A DNA stretch of 64,000 bases, taken from assembly GCF_009914755.1 (NCBI RefSeq), contig NC_060930.1; one strand, given 5' to 3'. The DNA comes from the human T2T-CHM13v2.0 reference genome, Homo sapiens. The position numbers and the translations under genes were made by a program. Below are positions 14,595-33,704 of this stretch, piece by piece. Under the pieces are notes generated by a model, which saw only the letters and a list, made by a program, of their open reading frames with translations, searched no databases and had not been told where the DNA came from. Within the stretch, counting starts at the first letter, position 1. The number at the start of each line of letters is the position of its first letter.

Positions 14595-15370
14595 CAGAGC
14601 AGGCTCTGGGGTCTATGTGTCTGGGTTTGAACCCTGGCTCCAATTCTTAGTAGCTATGTGTAACCATGGGTCAGTCTCTTACTCTGCCAGTCTCTTTCCT
14701 TATCTGTAAAATGGGAATAATAATAGTACCTGCTCCATAAAGCAGTTGTAAAGATTCAGTGATATACATAATGTAAAGCAGCAGTCCCCAGTTGCTGTGG
14801 CATCAGGGATTGCCTTCTTGGAAGACAATTTTTCCCCAGATGGGACGGGGAGGGGGTTGGTTTCAGAATTATTCAAGCTCATTACATTTATTGGTGCACT
14901 TTGTTTCTATTATTATTACATTGTAGCATATGATGAAATAATTATACAACTCACTATAATGTAGAATCAGTGGGAGCCCTGAGCTTGTTTTCCTGCAACT
15001 AGATGGTCCCATCTGGGAGTGATGGCAGACAGTGACAGATCATCAGGAATTAGATTCTCATAAGGATTCTCACAACCTAGATCCCTCACATGCGCAGTTC
15101 TTAATAGGATTCATGCTCTTATGAGACTCTAATGCCACTGCTGATGTGACAGGAAGCAGTGCTCACATGGTAATGTGAGTGATGGGGAGTGGCTATAAAT
15201 ACACATGCTTTGCTCACTCACCTTTGGCTCACCTCCTACTGCGCAGCCCTATTCCTAACAGGCCACTGATGGGTACCAGTCCATGGCCCCATGGTTGGGG
15301 ATGCCTGATTTAAAGCACATGGCAAAATATGTAGTCTCAGAATATGCTCAGTAAATGTTAATTAGCATGG
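14595..15370 (+). mobile_element. MIR interrupted by MER1A
   Basis: MIR core 'ctgggtttgaaccctggctcc...tctgtaaaatgggaataataatagtacct', resuming after 15307. Confidence 0.8.
14779..15307 (-). mobile_element. MER1A (hAT-Charlie)
   Basis: About 530 bp; CAG...CTG terminal inverted repeats; 8-bp TSD atgtaaag/atttaaag. Confidence 0.9.
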
Positions 15371-15374
15371 TTTA

Positions 15375-16130
<756 letters not shown>

Positions 16131-16984
16131 ACATCTCCAAACTGGATGACCCATTCTCTAATCATACATCTCCGCCCACGTTTTTGATCAGTGTTCTCTG
16201 TTTATTGATGCTAAATTCTTCCAAGATAACTCTAAAATCACTGTTTTAACCCTACTCTACTTCATTCCTTAAATTCTAGTCTTTTTTTTTTTTTCCTCTC
16301 TTTTTAGTGTCTTTGGATTTAGCCCTTTCTTTCCATCTCCTCTGTCATGACAGAGACAGATTAGGGCCTGTCCCAGGACAAAAAAGTGCATGGTGCCCTT
16401 CTTTATAAGTTACAAAGGTCTGTAAAACCTGTAATGAAAGCTGAGGGTTTCTCATTTTTAGGTGCCCCAGCTTTGTCCCTGAATATGTGCTTAATCTGCC
16501 AGCCAGGGATCCAGAAGCACCATCTCCCTGTCTGCATTCTGATCACCCACCTCACTTCCAGGTTAGTGCAATTATTTCTTAAAGAGTTTTCCCCTTCGGT
16601 ACCTCCCAGCTATAATCTATACAACACTATACAATCAGAACTTTCTGATTGACCTTTCTAAGATTTGCATTCACTAGTCATCTCTGTATTTAGGGACTTA
16701 TAATGACCATTTATTACTTACCAGATAAAGTCTTAATTGCAATGCCTGTCCTCATACTTATGAACAACTCGAGGTCAAAAACCTAGTTTTAAACTTCTTT
16801 TGTAATCTTAGAAATGCTTAGCAGGATGGATGATACATGTAAACACGCAACGCTTTTTGGATTGATATGAACAGGAAAGACAATTGAAAGAACAAAAGTG
16901 AAACTCACAAACTGTCAAGTTCTTCCAGCTCTGAGGACCATATTGATTACTGAACATAATACAAATTCAACTTACATACTAAAA

Positions 16985-17700
16985 GATTTACTCTTTATAG
17001 TGTATCAATCTCTGAGTTTTGACTAATGCATATGGTAATGTACCCACCATCGTAATCAAGATATAGATCAGTTCTATCCCTCTGTGTCTAAACATCTCCT
17101 GGTGTCCCTTCGTAGCCAGTACCTCCGCCTGACTCTGGCAATCATTGATCTGTTTTTTTGTACCTATAGATTTTCTTTTTCTGGATGTCATAATGGAATC
17201 ATCCAGTATATGGCCTTTTGAATCCAGCTTCTTTCACTTAGCATAATGCATTTGCGATTCATCCATTTCGTTGCATATATCAGTAGTTTGTTCCTTTTGC
17301 TGAGCAGTCTTTCTTTGTATGGGTAAATCACAGTATGTTTATCCATTTACCAGCTGAAGAACATTTGTGTTGTTTCCAGTTTGGGACAATTATAAATAAA
17401 GTTGCTATAATCATTCATGTCCAGGTTTTTGTATAAACATGTTTTCACTTTCCTTGGGTAAATGCATAGAGGTGGAATCGCTGGATCATGTGGCATGCTT
17501 AACTTTTTAAGAAAATGTCAAAAAAAAAAAAAAAAAAAGAAAATGTCAAACTATTTTCTAAGGTAGCTGTAAACATCTGATGTTCCCACCAGCAATAAAT
17601 GACAGTTAGAGCTGTTCTGCATCCTCACCAGCACTAGGTATTATCCATTTTTTCTTTTTTTTTCTACACCTCATTATTGATCACAGTATTGTCAGTTTTT
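16985..17700 (-). mobile_element. Old L1M 3' fragment
   Basis: Antisense L1M 3' UTR motifs ('cttctttcacttagcataatgcattt', 'ttcccaccagcaat'). Confidence 0.75.
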
Positions 17701-17838
17701 AAAATTTTTATTATTTCATCAATTAAAATAGAAATATTTATTGCGGGTTTTAAAATTTTAAGCATATTTTAATTAAGCTAATATATGCAAAAAACTACTG
17801 TTTCCATCTATAAACAATATTCAAAATTATTCATGAGA

Positions 17839-20550
<2,712 letters not shown>

Positions 20551-20552
20551 AA

Positions 20553-21150
20553 ATCATTGTGGTTTTAAGTTGCAGTTCCCTAATGACAATGTTGAGCATC
20601 CTTTCCTGTGTTTCCTTGCCATGTGTACATGATCCTTGATTAAGTATCTATTCAAAACTTTTGCCATTTTTAACTGGGTTGTTTGTTTCTATATTGAGTT
20701 TTGAGAATTCTTTAAATATTCTGGATATACATCCTTATCAAATACATGTTTTGCAATTATTTTCTCCTAGTATGTGGCTTGCTTTTATTTACATACAATA
20801 GAATTCACATTGGTATACATGTCTATGAGTTCTAACACATGCATAGATTCTTGTAACTACTACCACAAACAGGACATTCCAACACCTAAAGAATTCCCTC
20901 ATGTTCCCCCTTTGCTCAGACCCTCTCCACACCCCAACCTCTGGCAACATATTCGCTGTCCCGTAGTTCTGCTTTTTCCAGTATCTCAAATAAATGAAAT
21001 CATATGATATGTAATCTTTTGAGACTGGCTTAGTTCACATAGCATAATGCTGAGTAGTATTCTGTTCTGTGAATACACCATGGTTTATGTATCCATTTGC
21101 CCATTGAAGGACACTGAAGTTGTTGTTTCCAGCTTTTGGTAATGAAGATT
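20553..21150 (-). mobile_element. Old L1M fragments
   Basis: 'aatgttgagcatcctttcctgtg...aaatattctggata' antisense L1M sequence. Confidence 0.65.
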
Positions 21151-21478
21151 TTTGGGAAATAAATGCAATTTTCACAATGAATAAATACAAAACATTAGAC
21201 ATTGTTGAAGACAGCAGATTCAAGCAGCACTGTTATGTTTGAGAAAGTCAGTAAAGAACAGGCATCAGGAAAGTGGAAAGAAAGGCCACCATGGGCTCAG
21301 CTCAATTAGGATGATATACATAACACGGAATGAGAGAAGCAAAAAATTCTTATGAGGAACTGGATGAGCCAGAAGAGTTGCCCAGGTCAACACTGGACCC
21401 TGGCTTGCAGTTGAGTGCAGGAAAGAGAGAACTGTTGGTAATATCATGAAGCTACAATCACATTAAATATTTTATTTA

Positions 21479-21876
<398 letters not shown>

Positions 21877-22109
21877 TCAGAAGCCATATTGAGGAAGAGG
21901 CAAGGGGGAAAAATCAGCTAAGAACCTGAAATGAGATAAGTATTTATTTTCTGGGATTCCTATGGTCTAAGACAAAAAGAGATAATTTTTATTCTCTTGG
22001 TTGTTAATTGAAAGAACATCAGTTTTCTAGGAAAAGGAAAACTTTTTTCTGTCATTAAATCCTCAGATATATTTGTCATATAATTTCGGATATAAAAGAC
22101 CCATAAGAC

Positions 22110-22388
<279 letters not shown>

Positions 22389-22398
22389 ACCATAAGAC

Positions 22399-23015
<617 letters not shown>

Positions 23016-23173
23016 TCTATAGAATAGCATATCTGCTTTTAGGTCCTGTAGTAATGCAGAAACAGAAATGGAAAAATTTAGAAAAATGAATAATTCACAT
23101 GTCCTGGAAAGGTTCTCTTTTGATATTAATTGCTTCTGTTGTGCTTTGGCAGTCCATTTGAGTTCTTTGGTAT

Positions 23174-24633
23174 TGGGAAGTGACAGCGTGCTGACAGTCC
23201 TCAGAGCCCTCGCTCGCTCTCTGCGCCTCCTCTGCCTGGGCTCCCACTTTGGCGGCACTTGAGGAGCCCTTCAGCCCACCACTGCACTGTGGGAGCCCCT
23301 TTCTGGGCTGGCCAAGGCCAGAGCCGGCTCCCTCAGTTTGCAGGGAGGTGTGGAGAGAGAAGCGCGAGCAGGACTGCGCGGGGCTTGCAGGCCAGCAGGA
23401 GTTCCGGTTGGGCCTGGGCTTGGCGGGCCCCGCACTCGGAGCAGTCCGCCGGCCCTGCTGCCCCGGGCAATGAGGGGCTTAGCACCCGGGCCAGCGGCTG
23501 CGGAGGGTGTACTGGGTCCCCCAGCAGTGCCAGACCACTGGTGCTGCGCTCAATTTCTCGCCGGGCCTTAGCTGCCTTACCGTGGGGCAGCGCTCGGGAC
23601 CTGCAGCTAGCCATACCTGAGCCTCCCACAAGCTCCGTGGGCTCCTGTGCCGCCTGAGCCTCCCTGACGAGCGCCGCCCCCTGCTCCACGGCGCCAAGTC
23701 CCATCGACCACCCAAGGGCTGAGGAGTGCCTGTGCATGGCGTGAGACTGGCAGGCAGCTCCACCTGCAGCCCCAGTGCAGGATCCACTGGGTGAAGCCAG
23801 CTGGGCTCCTGAGTCTGGTGGGGACGTGGAGAACCTTTATGTCTAGCTCAGGGATTGCAAATACACCAATCAGCACTCTGTATCTAGCTCAAGGTTTGTA
23901 AACACACCAATCAGCACCCTGTGTCTAGCTCAGGGTTTGTGAATGCACCAATTGACACTCTGTATCTAGCTGCTCTGGTGGGGCCTTGGAGAACCCTTAT
24001 GTCTAGCTCAGGGATTGTGAATACACCAGTCGGCACTCTCTGTATGTAGCTCAAGGTTTGTAAACACACCAATCAGCACCCTGCGTCTAGCTCAGGGTTT
24101 GTAAATGCACCAATCGACACTTCTGTATCTAGCTACTCTGGTGGGGACTTGGAGAACCTTTGTGTCCACACTCTGTATCTAGCTCATCTGGTGGGGAGGT
24201 GGAGAACCTTTGTGTCTAGCTCAGGGATTGTAAACGCACCAATCAGTGCCCTGTCAAAACAGACCACTTGGCTCTACCAATCAGCAGGATGTGGGTGGGG
24301 CCAGATAAGAGAATAAAAGCAGGCTGCCGGAGCCAGCAGTGGTAACCTGCACTGGTGCCCTTCCATGCTGTGGAAGCTTTGTTTTTTGCAATAAATGTTG
24401 CTACTGGTTACTCTTTGGGTTCACACTGCCTTTATGAGCTGCAACACTCGCTGTGAAGGTTTGCAGCTTCACTCTTGAGCCAGCGGGGCCATGAGTGCAC
24501 CAGAAGAAAGAAACTCCAAACACATGTGAATATCAGTAGGAACAAACTCTGGACATGCTGCCTTGAAGGATTGTAACACTGCAGCTTCATTCTTGAAGTC
24601 AGTGAGACCAAGAACCCACCAATTCTGGACACA
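23174..24633 (+). mobile_element. Solo LTR12C (ERV9/HERV-9 LTR)
   Basis: TG...ggacaCA termini; TSD GTAT on both sides; GC-rich U3; tandem ~40-bp CCAAT units; TATA-like AATAAA 24312-24317; poly(A) AATAAA 24390-24395. Confidence 0.96.
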
Positions 24634-26309
24634 GTATTAATGACTACTCTTTGAAAATGGAAATACTTTGAAGTCTGTAGCCTCCAAAAACAGCTGTATG
24701 GTTGCTCATCTCTTGGAAACAAAACAAAAAAAAAAGCAAGGAACTTAATAAAGATAATGAAATAGTTCATAGTATTTTCATGTCTAATTGCCCAAATGAT
24801 CTGCTTTGAGAATGTTAGTGTCTACACTGTCCGTCACAAATGAGACATAAACAGACCAGGAGGCCCTTGACGTGGAAACACCTTGTCTCCAGCTTTAGTT
24901 TATGTGTGTGCCTGAAAGTAAGTGATAAACTACAGTTCTTTAAAAATATTCTGTGGTCTAGATGTGCTCCCACTGTTAGTCAAGGTTATTGGAGTGTTAC
25001 AGTTGATGATTCATGAATCTCCTTATTCATACTTCAAGAAACTTGTGGAGGATTTGGAAATTTTCTCTTAAAAAGCAGGATAAGTAGATGAGGCTAACTA
25101 GTGAGAAATAAGTGGAAGTTTCAAGAAAATATACTGCACATGTATTATAATCAAATTTACGCTTAGATCTATCACATACCCAAAGATCTTGACATACATA
25201 TACTTCCTGGGAGAAGACGGCAGCTTGTATTAACAATGTCCAAGGGCCTTATCTGTGTCTGACAGCAAATGGCATTTGTTAAGCCCCGTGGAGAGTGTGA
25301 AATGCTGGATGTGTTAGAAAGCATCTATGAGTCTACACTGTGGGAGGAAAAATAACACCATTAACATTGAAAGACATGTTGGAATAACCTGAATTTCTAA
25401 AACTCAATAGGAAAATAGGAAGAATATTTCCACTAAAAATAACACTAAACTTTAAATCTATAAATTAAAAGCACCATTTTGCCTATCAGAATGTGCCAAA
25501 AGAATATCAATAACCACCTCCTTTGTTTGCTTTGGAAAAGTTAGCAAAACAAGATTTGTGAACATTGTGTCTGACTTGCTGATTAAAATTAACTTGCATT
25601 TCTATTTAATTCAATTCTTTTTGTCTCATGGGCTGAAATAGTCTAAGTTTCCTATCCAATATGGAACGCTCTTCCTTTTCCCCACTTCCACCTTTGACTC
25701 CCAAAGTATGTACTCCCCAGAGGGACTTTATGATCTATTTTCTCATTTCTGCACTATATACTATATTATGTATACAGGGAGATATGCACTGTATGATTTT
25801 TACCCCTAAAGGACCTTGGTTTGTCTAGTTCCCCTGATACTCAATTTCTTTTCGATCATGCAGTTCGCAATAGCTGGAAGTTCTCTTAGATATTTCCCCA
25901 ATTTTAAACATTAAATATTTTAGACTCATTCCAGCCCATTTCCTTTTCTAGTCCTTGTCTTTCTTGAAATGACCCCCTTTAGTTCAGCCAAATGTAAACA
26001 AAACTGAATTTTAGCTCTGCTCTTCTAAGAGTTGTGTTTAGACTATGATTTGCTCCAGGCCAATGCTTTTCAAAGAGGAGATTTTGATCTCTGGAGAATC
26101 CTTGAAGGTGAAAGATACCAGAAATAGGAAGCCTGGATTTTCAAAAATATATATTTGTTCATTATAACTCATGTGGGAAGAAAAAATGACATTTAGATGT
26201 AAGTAAAAAGCATCTAAGCACGGAGGGCCACTTACATAACTCAAAAATGCAAAATGATCCCATAACTCTTTGAAATAACTATCTGGATTCCCACCTTATT
26301 TCAAAATGG

Positions 26310-26598
26310 ATTTTATTGTATGATTCTATCTGTAAGAAATGTTCAAAAAAGACAAATCTATAGAGACGGAAAGTAGATTGGAGGTTGCCTGGGGCTGGGC
26401 AGGGAGGATGAGGGCAATGGGGAGAGGCTGCAAATGGGGATGGGGTTTCTTTTCGGAGGATGAAGTGCTCTAAAGTCAGAAAGCACTGATAGTTGCACAA
26501 CTCTGTGCATATACCAAAAGCCACTGAATTGTACACTTTAACAGGGTGAATTTTATGGTATGAGCATTCTGTTCCAATAAAGCTGTGATTTTAAAAAA
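26310..26598 (+). mobile_element. L1MB 3' end
   Basis: 'acaaatctatagagacggaaagtagattggaggttgcc...ccactgaattgtacacttta...caataaagctg'. Confidence 0.85.
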
Positions 26599-26619
26599 GT
26601 GATTTATATAATTCCCATC

Positions 26620-27120
26620 AGTCAGTAGGAGAATAATAAACAATACACTAGAAAATAAGCAAAGGATATGTGTTGGAAACACACAAAAGAGGAACCACAA
26701 TTGGACCAATAAGTATGAAAACAGACACAATATCAGGAGTGGTCAGGAAAATGCAAAACAAAGCAAGATATTTTAAACCCATTACATTGGGAAAAATTAT
26801 AATAATTCCAAGTGATAGCAGGATGTGAGAATGAGAATCTCATACACAGCTGGTGGGGATGTAAATTGATAATGACAGCTTTGGAGTGCAATTTGGCAAC
26901 ACCTCAAAGTTGAAAATAAGTACACCTTGCAACCTCGTAGTTCCATTTCCCAGTGCGCTGTCACATATACAAGTAAAGACGCATGCACGGGAGCCTTCAT
27001 TAGCATTGTTTGTAATAGCGGAAAATAGAAACAATTCAAATACCTACCAATGAAGGGTTGCAGAATCAAGCTCTAGTGCATATATATCATAGAATACTAT
27101 ATGGCACCAAAATAAATAAA
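26620..27120 (+). mobile_element. L1ME-type fragment
   Basis: 'ctcatacacagctggtggggatgtaaattg...ttcattagcattgtttgtaatag'. Confidence 0.65.
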
Positions 27121-27596
27121 TTAGATTCCCTGGGAAAGAAATGTATTTACAAAACACATGCCACAGGATTTTTTAAAGGGAGATAGAGTTGAAAAAAATA
27201 AGATGACCCTAAGGGTTCCTGCTATGCACAGTGCAAGGTTTGACTCCCCTGCTAGAGCTGGGTCATGAGTTGGCACTAAAGATTTAGCGGCCAATGTAAA
27301 AAAGGAAATGTGATCAATGACAGAATTAGACTGTGTTATAAAAACATGCAACTATTCCTGGCACTAAGATCAGAGAAAAATTTCCTCCAGAACTTTCATA
27401 AAGAGGCCACCATGCAAGGTGGGTGGTAGGCAACTTTGTCAGCCTCATTCTCTCATCCGTAGGACTGAGACTTGTTTCCTCAAAGACGAGTGTAAGTGCT
27501 GCAGTCTCCAAGTGCTTTATCTGAAGATTCATTTCTAAGAGCAAGAGTTAGAAATCGGTGTACCCAAAGTGTTTCGTTTGGCCAGAACACTGTTTT

Positions 27597-27911
<315 letters not shown>

Positions 27912-27951
27912 TAAAATCTGAATACCTTACATGAGACATGCGTTCCTTAGA

Positions 27952-28165
27952 ATAACACTGTCAAACAACACTTTCTGCAATGATGAACATGTTCTCTGTC
28001 TCCACTGTCCAGTATAGTAGCCAATTAGCCATATGTGGCTACCTACAGACCACTTGAAATGTGGCTAGTGAGGTGGAAGGGATGAATTTCAATTGTATTT
28101 AATTTCAACTAATTTTAATGTAATAGTCACATGTGGCTAGTAACGATCCAATTGCATAGTACAGC
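27952..28165 (+). mobile_element. MER3 (hAT-Charlie)
   Basis: 'actttctgcaatgatgaacatgttct...tagccatatgtggcta...cacttgaaatgtggctagt'. Confidence 0.85.
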
Positions 28166-28280
28166 TCTGGAAGGCCACAAGTCCCACCATTCCCTACTTT
28201 ATCAGCCCCTCACTCTCAGCATCACACATTTTGGTTTTGTGTCTGGCCTCTGAAGGTATTTTGTTTGTGACTCATATTTT

Positions 28281-28582
28281 ATTTATCTTTTTTTTTTTTT
28301 TTTAATTTTGAGATGGAGTCTCGCTGCGATGCCCAGGCTGGAATGCAATGGCATGTCACTGCAACCTCCGCCTCCCTGGTTCAAGCAATTCTCCTGCCTC
28401 AGCCTCCCAAGTAACTGGGATTACAGGTGCCCGCCACCACGCCCGGCTAATTTTTGTAGTTTTAGTAGAGACAGGGTTTCATCATATTGGCCAGACTGGT
28501 CTCAAACTCCTGACCTCAAGTAACCCACCTGCCTTGGCCTCCCAAAGTGCTGGGATTACAGGCGCGAGCCACTGAGCCCAGC
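28281..28582 (-). mobile_element. AluS
   Basis: Antisense dimer; TSD tttgtgactcatatttt/tttgcgactgatatttt. Confidence 0.93.
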
Positions 28583-29119
28583 TTTGCGACTGATATTTTA
28601 AAGTACTGTGTCTCAAGGAATGGACAGGTTGTACATCCTCTTGTGTTCATTTTTCAACAGATACTCGTACCTGGCTGGTATCAGTTCTGTCAGACACAGC
28701 ACTTCCCACGTAAGAGGGAACACGCCCAGGTGGACAGCGGTACTGCAGGACGCGAGATGCACAAGGCAGAGGAAGAGCAAGGGCACTGCAGGCACTCGGG
28801 AAGGTGTCTCTAGAAAGTCTAATCTGGATTCCGTGGGATAGGAAAGTGCCCTCTCCGGGAGAGCTAAGAATAGAGACAAGTCAGCCGGGGTCGGGGCCAG
28901 TACCCAGAAAACGGCATGGCCTATTCTAGGGATTCAAAGATATTCACCAGCATTTAGAATGTGGGGGTGGGAGATTACAAAAGATTGGCAAGGGTAAAAT
29001 CTTGCAAGATATTTGAACCATATTAAACCAACTTTTGCCTGAAAGCAATAGAAAGCCATTGAAAAATTTTAGGCAGAGGAATAGATTCTTGTCATCTCTA
29101 CATTGAAAATAATCCACCC

Positions 29120-30300
<1,181 letters not shown>

Positions 30301-31052
30301 AAATCCACCATTATCTCTTGCTAAAACTATGCATAAGCCTCCTAACTGATCTCTCTGCCATTGTTTTTGATCCCTTACAATGTATTTTCCACAGAACAGA
30401 GACAGTTGTTTTGAAACAGGAGGCATGTCTCATCTCCCCGCTGCTGAAAAGCTATCAGTGGACGGCCAGGCCTTGCCTGGTCTGGTCCCTCCTCACCTCC
30501 CTGGCCTCATTGCCTCCATTCTCCCTCTGGCTCACTCCACTCCAGCCCCACTGTCCTGTTTGCTGTTGTTCAAACACACAAAGCAAGGGTCCACTCTAGA
30601 GTCTTCTCACCCAGGAACGTTCTTTCCTCTGATATTCGCCTAGTTTGCTTCTTCACTTCTTTCTACTCAAATACCACTCTTCAAGCCCTCCCTTGACCAC
30701 CCGATCTAAAAACATCCCTTCCCGAGTTAGTGGGTGCAGCGCACCAGCATGTCACACGTATACATATGTAACTAACCTGCACATTGTGCACATGTACCCT
30801 AAAACTTAAAGTATAATAATAATAATAATAATACATAAATAAATAAAAAATAAAAACATCCCTTCCTTGTTCTCCTCTGTAGCAATTATCCCTACCCATC
30901 ATTTTATTATATATCCATTTGTTCGTCTGCTTATTGTCTGCTTCTTCTGCCATGTAAGTTCCGTAAAGGCAAGGACTTTGCTTTGTACACAGGACTGGGA
31001 CAGTACCCAGCACGTGGGAAACATTCAATAAATATTTGCTGAATAAAAGAAT
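30301..31052 (+). mobile_element. L2a 3' part
   Basis: Ends 'cagtacccagcacgtgggaaacattcaataaatatttgctgaat'. Confidence 0.8.
30723..30851 (+). mobile_element. Very short young L1PA (L1PA2-like) 3' tail
   Basis: 'gagttagtgggtgcagcgcaccagcatg...cctaaaacttaaagtataat'; perfect 15-bp TSD aaaaacatcccttcc (30708-30722 and 30852-30866). Confidence 0.93.
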
Positions 31053-31793
31053 GTTTGAATGTGCATCTTAGAAAGATTGTGAGAATGGATTGGAGTGGGA
31101 GTCCAATAGGAGGCTGGATGGCAGCGACTCACGCAAGCAGTAGAGAGGGCCAGGACAGTGGCAGCTGGGACACAAAGAAATTTAGGGATACAGAGATCTT
31201 TAGAAGAGAATCAAGAGGCTGGATGCAGGGTCCATTTGCCAAGCTGGAAACTCAGGAGGAGGAGCAGGTTTTCAGGAGAAGAGAAGAAGCTTGGTTTTTG
31301 AACTTGTTCAGCAGACTATCCCAGTAGAGATGTTCAGTGGGCAGTTGGATATGCTCAGCAGAGAGTTCTGGGCTAGAAATATAGATTTAGCAGTTCATAA
31401 ATATAACATTAGTGGAAATTTTGATAACTGCGAAGCAGCAGTTAGTTGGAGGTTATACATTTGAATAAGTACTTGAATGCACATATTCAATGTTGCCAAT
31501 TAATGTCAGACTCGTGTGCTTTCATAGTCTGCCAAGCTGGTCATATTTTAAAAAATGTGTATGGAATGCAGGAAATGAAACATCTACTTAAAAATAAAAA
31601 GTATTGCTTTGCTGGGAAGGGATTTAAATTTTTTTTAAGATTAAAAAAATTTTTTAAATTAAGTAAATAAAAAGTAAATTTTTATTGTAACAGGATCAAC
31701 CTTAATGAATGATATCCAATCTTAAGGCCATACATTCTTCAATCTGGCTAATTAAATATGTAAATTAATGTTCAGCCTCTATGGAAGCATCTT

Positions 31794-31903
31794 CATCCTT
31801 TATATTTAAAAGAGATCTCCTACTCGAACCTCATCATTTCACACATGAAGAAATAAAATCCCAGAGAGTTGGATTAGGAGATCTCTTTTAAATATAAAGG
31901 ATG
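31794..31903. repeat. Perfect 29-bp inverted repeat with a 52-bp spacer
   Basis: catcctttatatttaaaagagatctccta (31794-31822) is the exact reverse complement of 31875-31903. Confidence 0.97.
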
Positions 31904-31987
31904 GATAAAGAGTTCATAATTATGGGTACATTGTTTTCATTTGTGTTTCAGTATATCCTTGGAAGACTCCTTCAAAATTGCTCATTG

Positions 31988-32195
31988 TGATTTCTCAAAG
32001 AACTAAAAATAGAACTATCATGTGATCCAGCAATCTCACTACTGGGTATCTACCCAAAAGGAAAGAAATCATTATATCAAAAAGATACCTGTACCTGTAT
32101 GTTTATTGTAGCACTATTCATACTAGCAAAGATATGGAATCAATCTGTGTGTCTATCAATGGAGTACTGGATAGAGAAAAAATCTTTCTCTCTCC

Positions 32196-32245
<50 letters not shown>

Positions 32246-33200
32246 ATGGAATACTACTTAGCCATAAAAAAAGAATGAAGTCAAGTATTTTACAGCAACA
32301 TGGAGGGAACTGGAGGCCATTATCCTAACTGAAATAACCCAGAAACAGCAAGTCAAATACTGCATGTTTTGCACTTGTATGTTCATCACAACACTATTCA
32401 CAATAGCAAAGATATGGAATCAACCTAGGTGCTTTATCCAACTGTGGCTTAGATAAAGAAAATGTGGTACATATATGCCATGGAATACTATACAGCCATA
32501 AACAAGAATGAAATCATGTCCTTTGCAGCAACATGGATGCAGCTACAGGCCATTATCCTAAGTGAATTAACACAGAAACACAAAACCAACTACCACGTGT
32601 TCTCACTTATAAGTAAGAGCTAAACATTAGGTACTCATGGACATAAAGATGGCAACAATAGACACTAATAGAGGGGGGAAGGAGTCGAGGAGCAAGGGTT
32701 AACAAAAAGAAGCCAAATATTAAAATAAATCAAATTTCTATATTATAGAATATTAAAAAGTTTTTCAAAAAAGCTGAGCAAATCCAAAATAGGAAAACCC
32801 AAAGAAATACATTTCAAGGCACATCATAAGTAAACCTCTGAAAGCTAAAGGAAAAAAAAATCTTGAAATAGAAAAATTAAAGAAAAAAAGAATTATATGA
32901 AATTCAAATCATAGTGGCTATAAAGTTATATTGGAACACACACGCACAAAAAACATACCCCATGTTCTTATAAATGGACACTAAACTATGGGGACACATG
33001 AACGTACAGACTGGAATAATAGACACTGGAGACTCAGAAAGGTGGAAGGCTGGCATGAGGGTAAGGTTTGAAAAATGACCTATTGGATGCAATGTTCACT
33101 ATTCTAGTGATGGGTACTCTAAAAGCCCCGACTTCATCACTACACAATATATGCATGTAAGAAACCTGCACTTGTACCCCCTAAAGTTAGAAAGTTGTTT
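31988..33200 (+). mobile_element. Nested L1PB/L1MA 3' fragments with a (TC)n(AC)n microsatellite
   Basis: Two partly redundant L1 3' segments (31988-32368 plus 32950-33200, and 32370-32705); microsatellite at ~32186-32243. Confidence 0.8.
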
Positions 33201-33411
33201 TAAAAAATTGCTTATTGTTACTGAGCTGTAGTTCATCAATATCAAGGCTACCTGAATATCCTGCAGTTACCCATCTGTTTCACTCAGTGAAGCCACTGTC
33301 AAACACTGAGTTTTCACTTTATTACCTTTCAGTAAAATGTAACTGGATGTAGTGACACTGCTGGAGAGAAGAGATATGATCTTCAAGGTGTGTTCAGATT
33401 TCACACTACAA

Positions 33412-33459
33412 TTACGTTAGTGCAAACGTAATTGCGGTTTTGTCCATAATAACCTAATA
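33412..33459. mobile_element. Internally deleted MADE1 (Hsmar1 MITE)
   Basis: 'ttacgttagtgcaaacgtaattgcggttttgtccat...aacctaata'. Confidence 0.75.
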
Positions 33460-33704
33460 AAAAGTATAGCCATTTCTACCTTGGTTTAAAGTTTTTTAGA
33501 CTTTAATACCATTCAAAGGCTAGTCTTGAACGAGTTTCCTACTTCATGGAAAAGTAGTATCAGAGGGTGTCCCTGAGGATCAAAATTAAGTGACTGCTCT
33601 CAGCATTGAAAGTATTCTATTAGTGGCAGAATAAAGCATGATCTCAATTGTGATGGTCAATCAGCCAGAGCTAGTAATCTTTCTGTTCATTCCAGAAATT
33701 AATG

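Noticed and set aside
23860-24290. Regular ~40-bp repeats that superficially resemble a CRISPR array (also at 41460-41730 and 42740-43160)
   Set aside because: These are the normal tandem CCAAT enhancer units of LTR12 U3. There are no unique spacers or cas genes, and the DNA is primate.
27205-27300. tRNA-like B-box segment (ggtttgactcccc)
   Set aside because: No cloverleaf or A box that I can support; at most an ancient SINE remnant.
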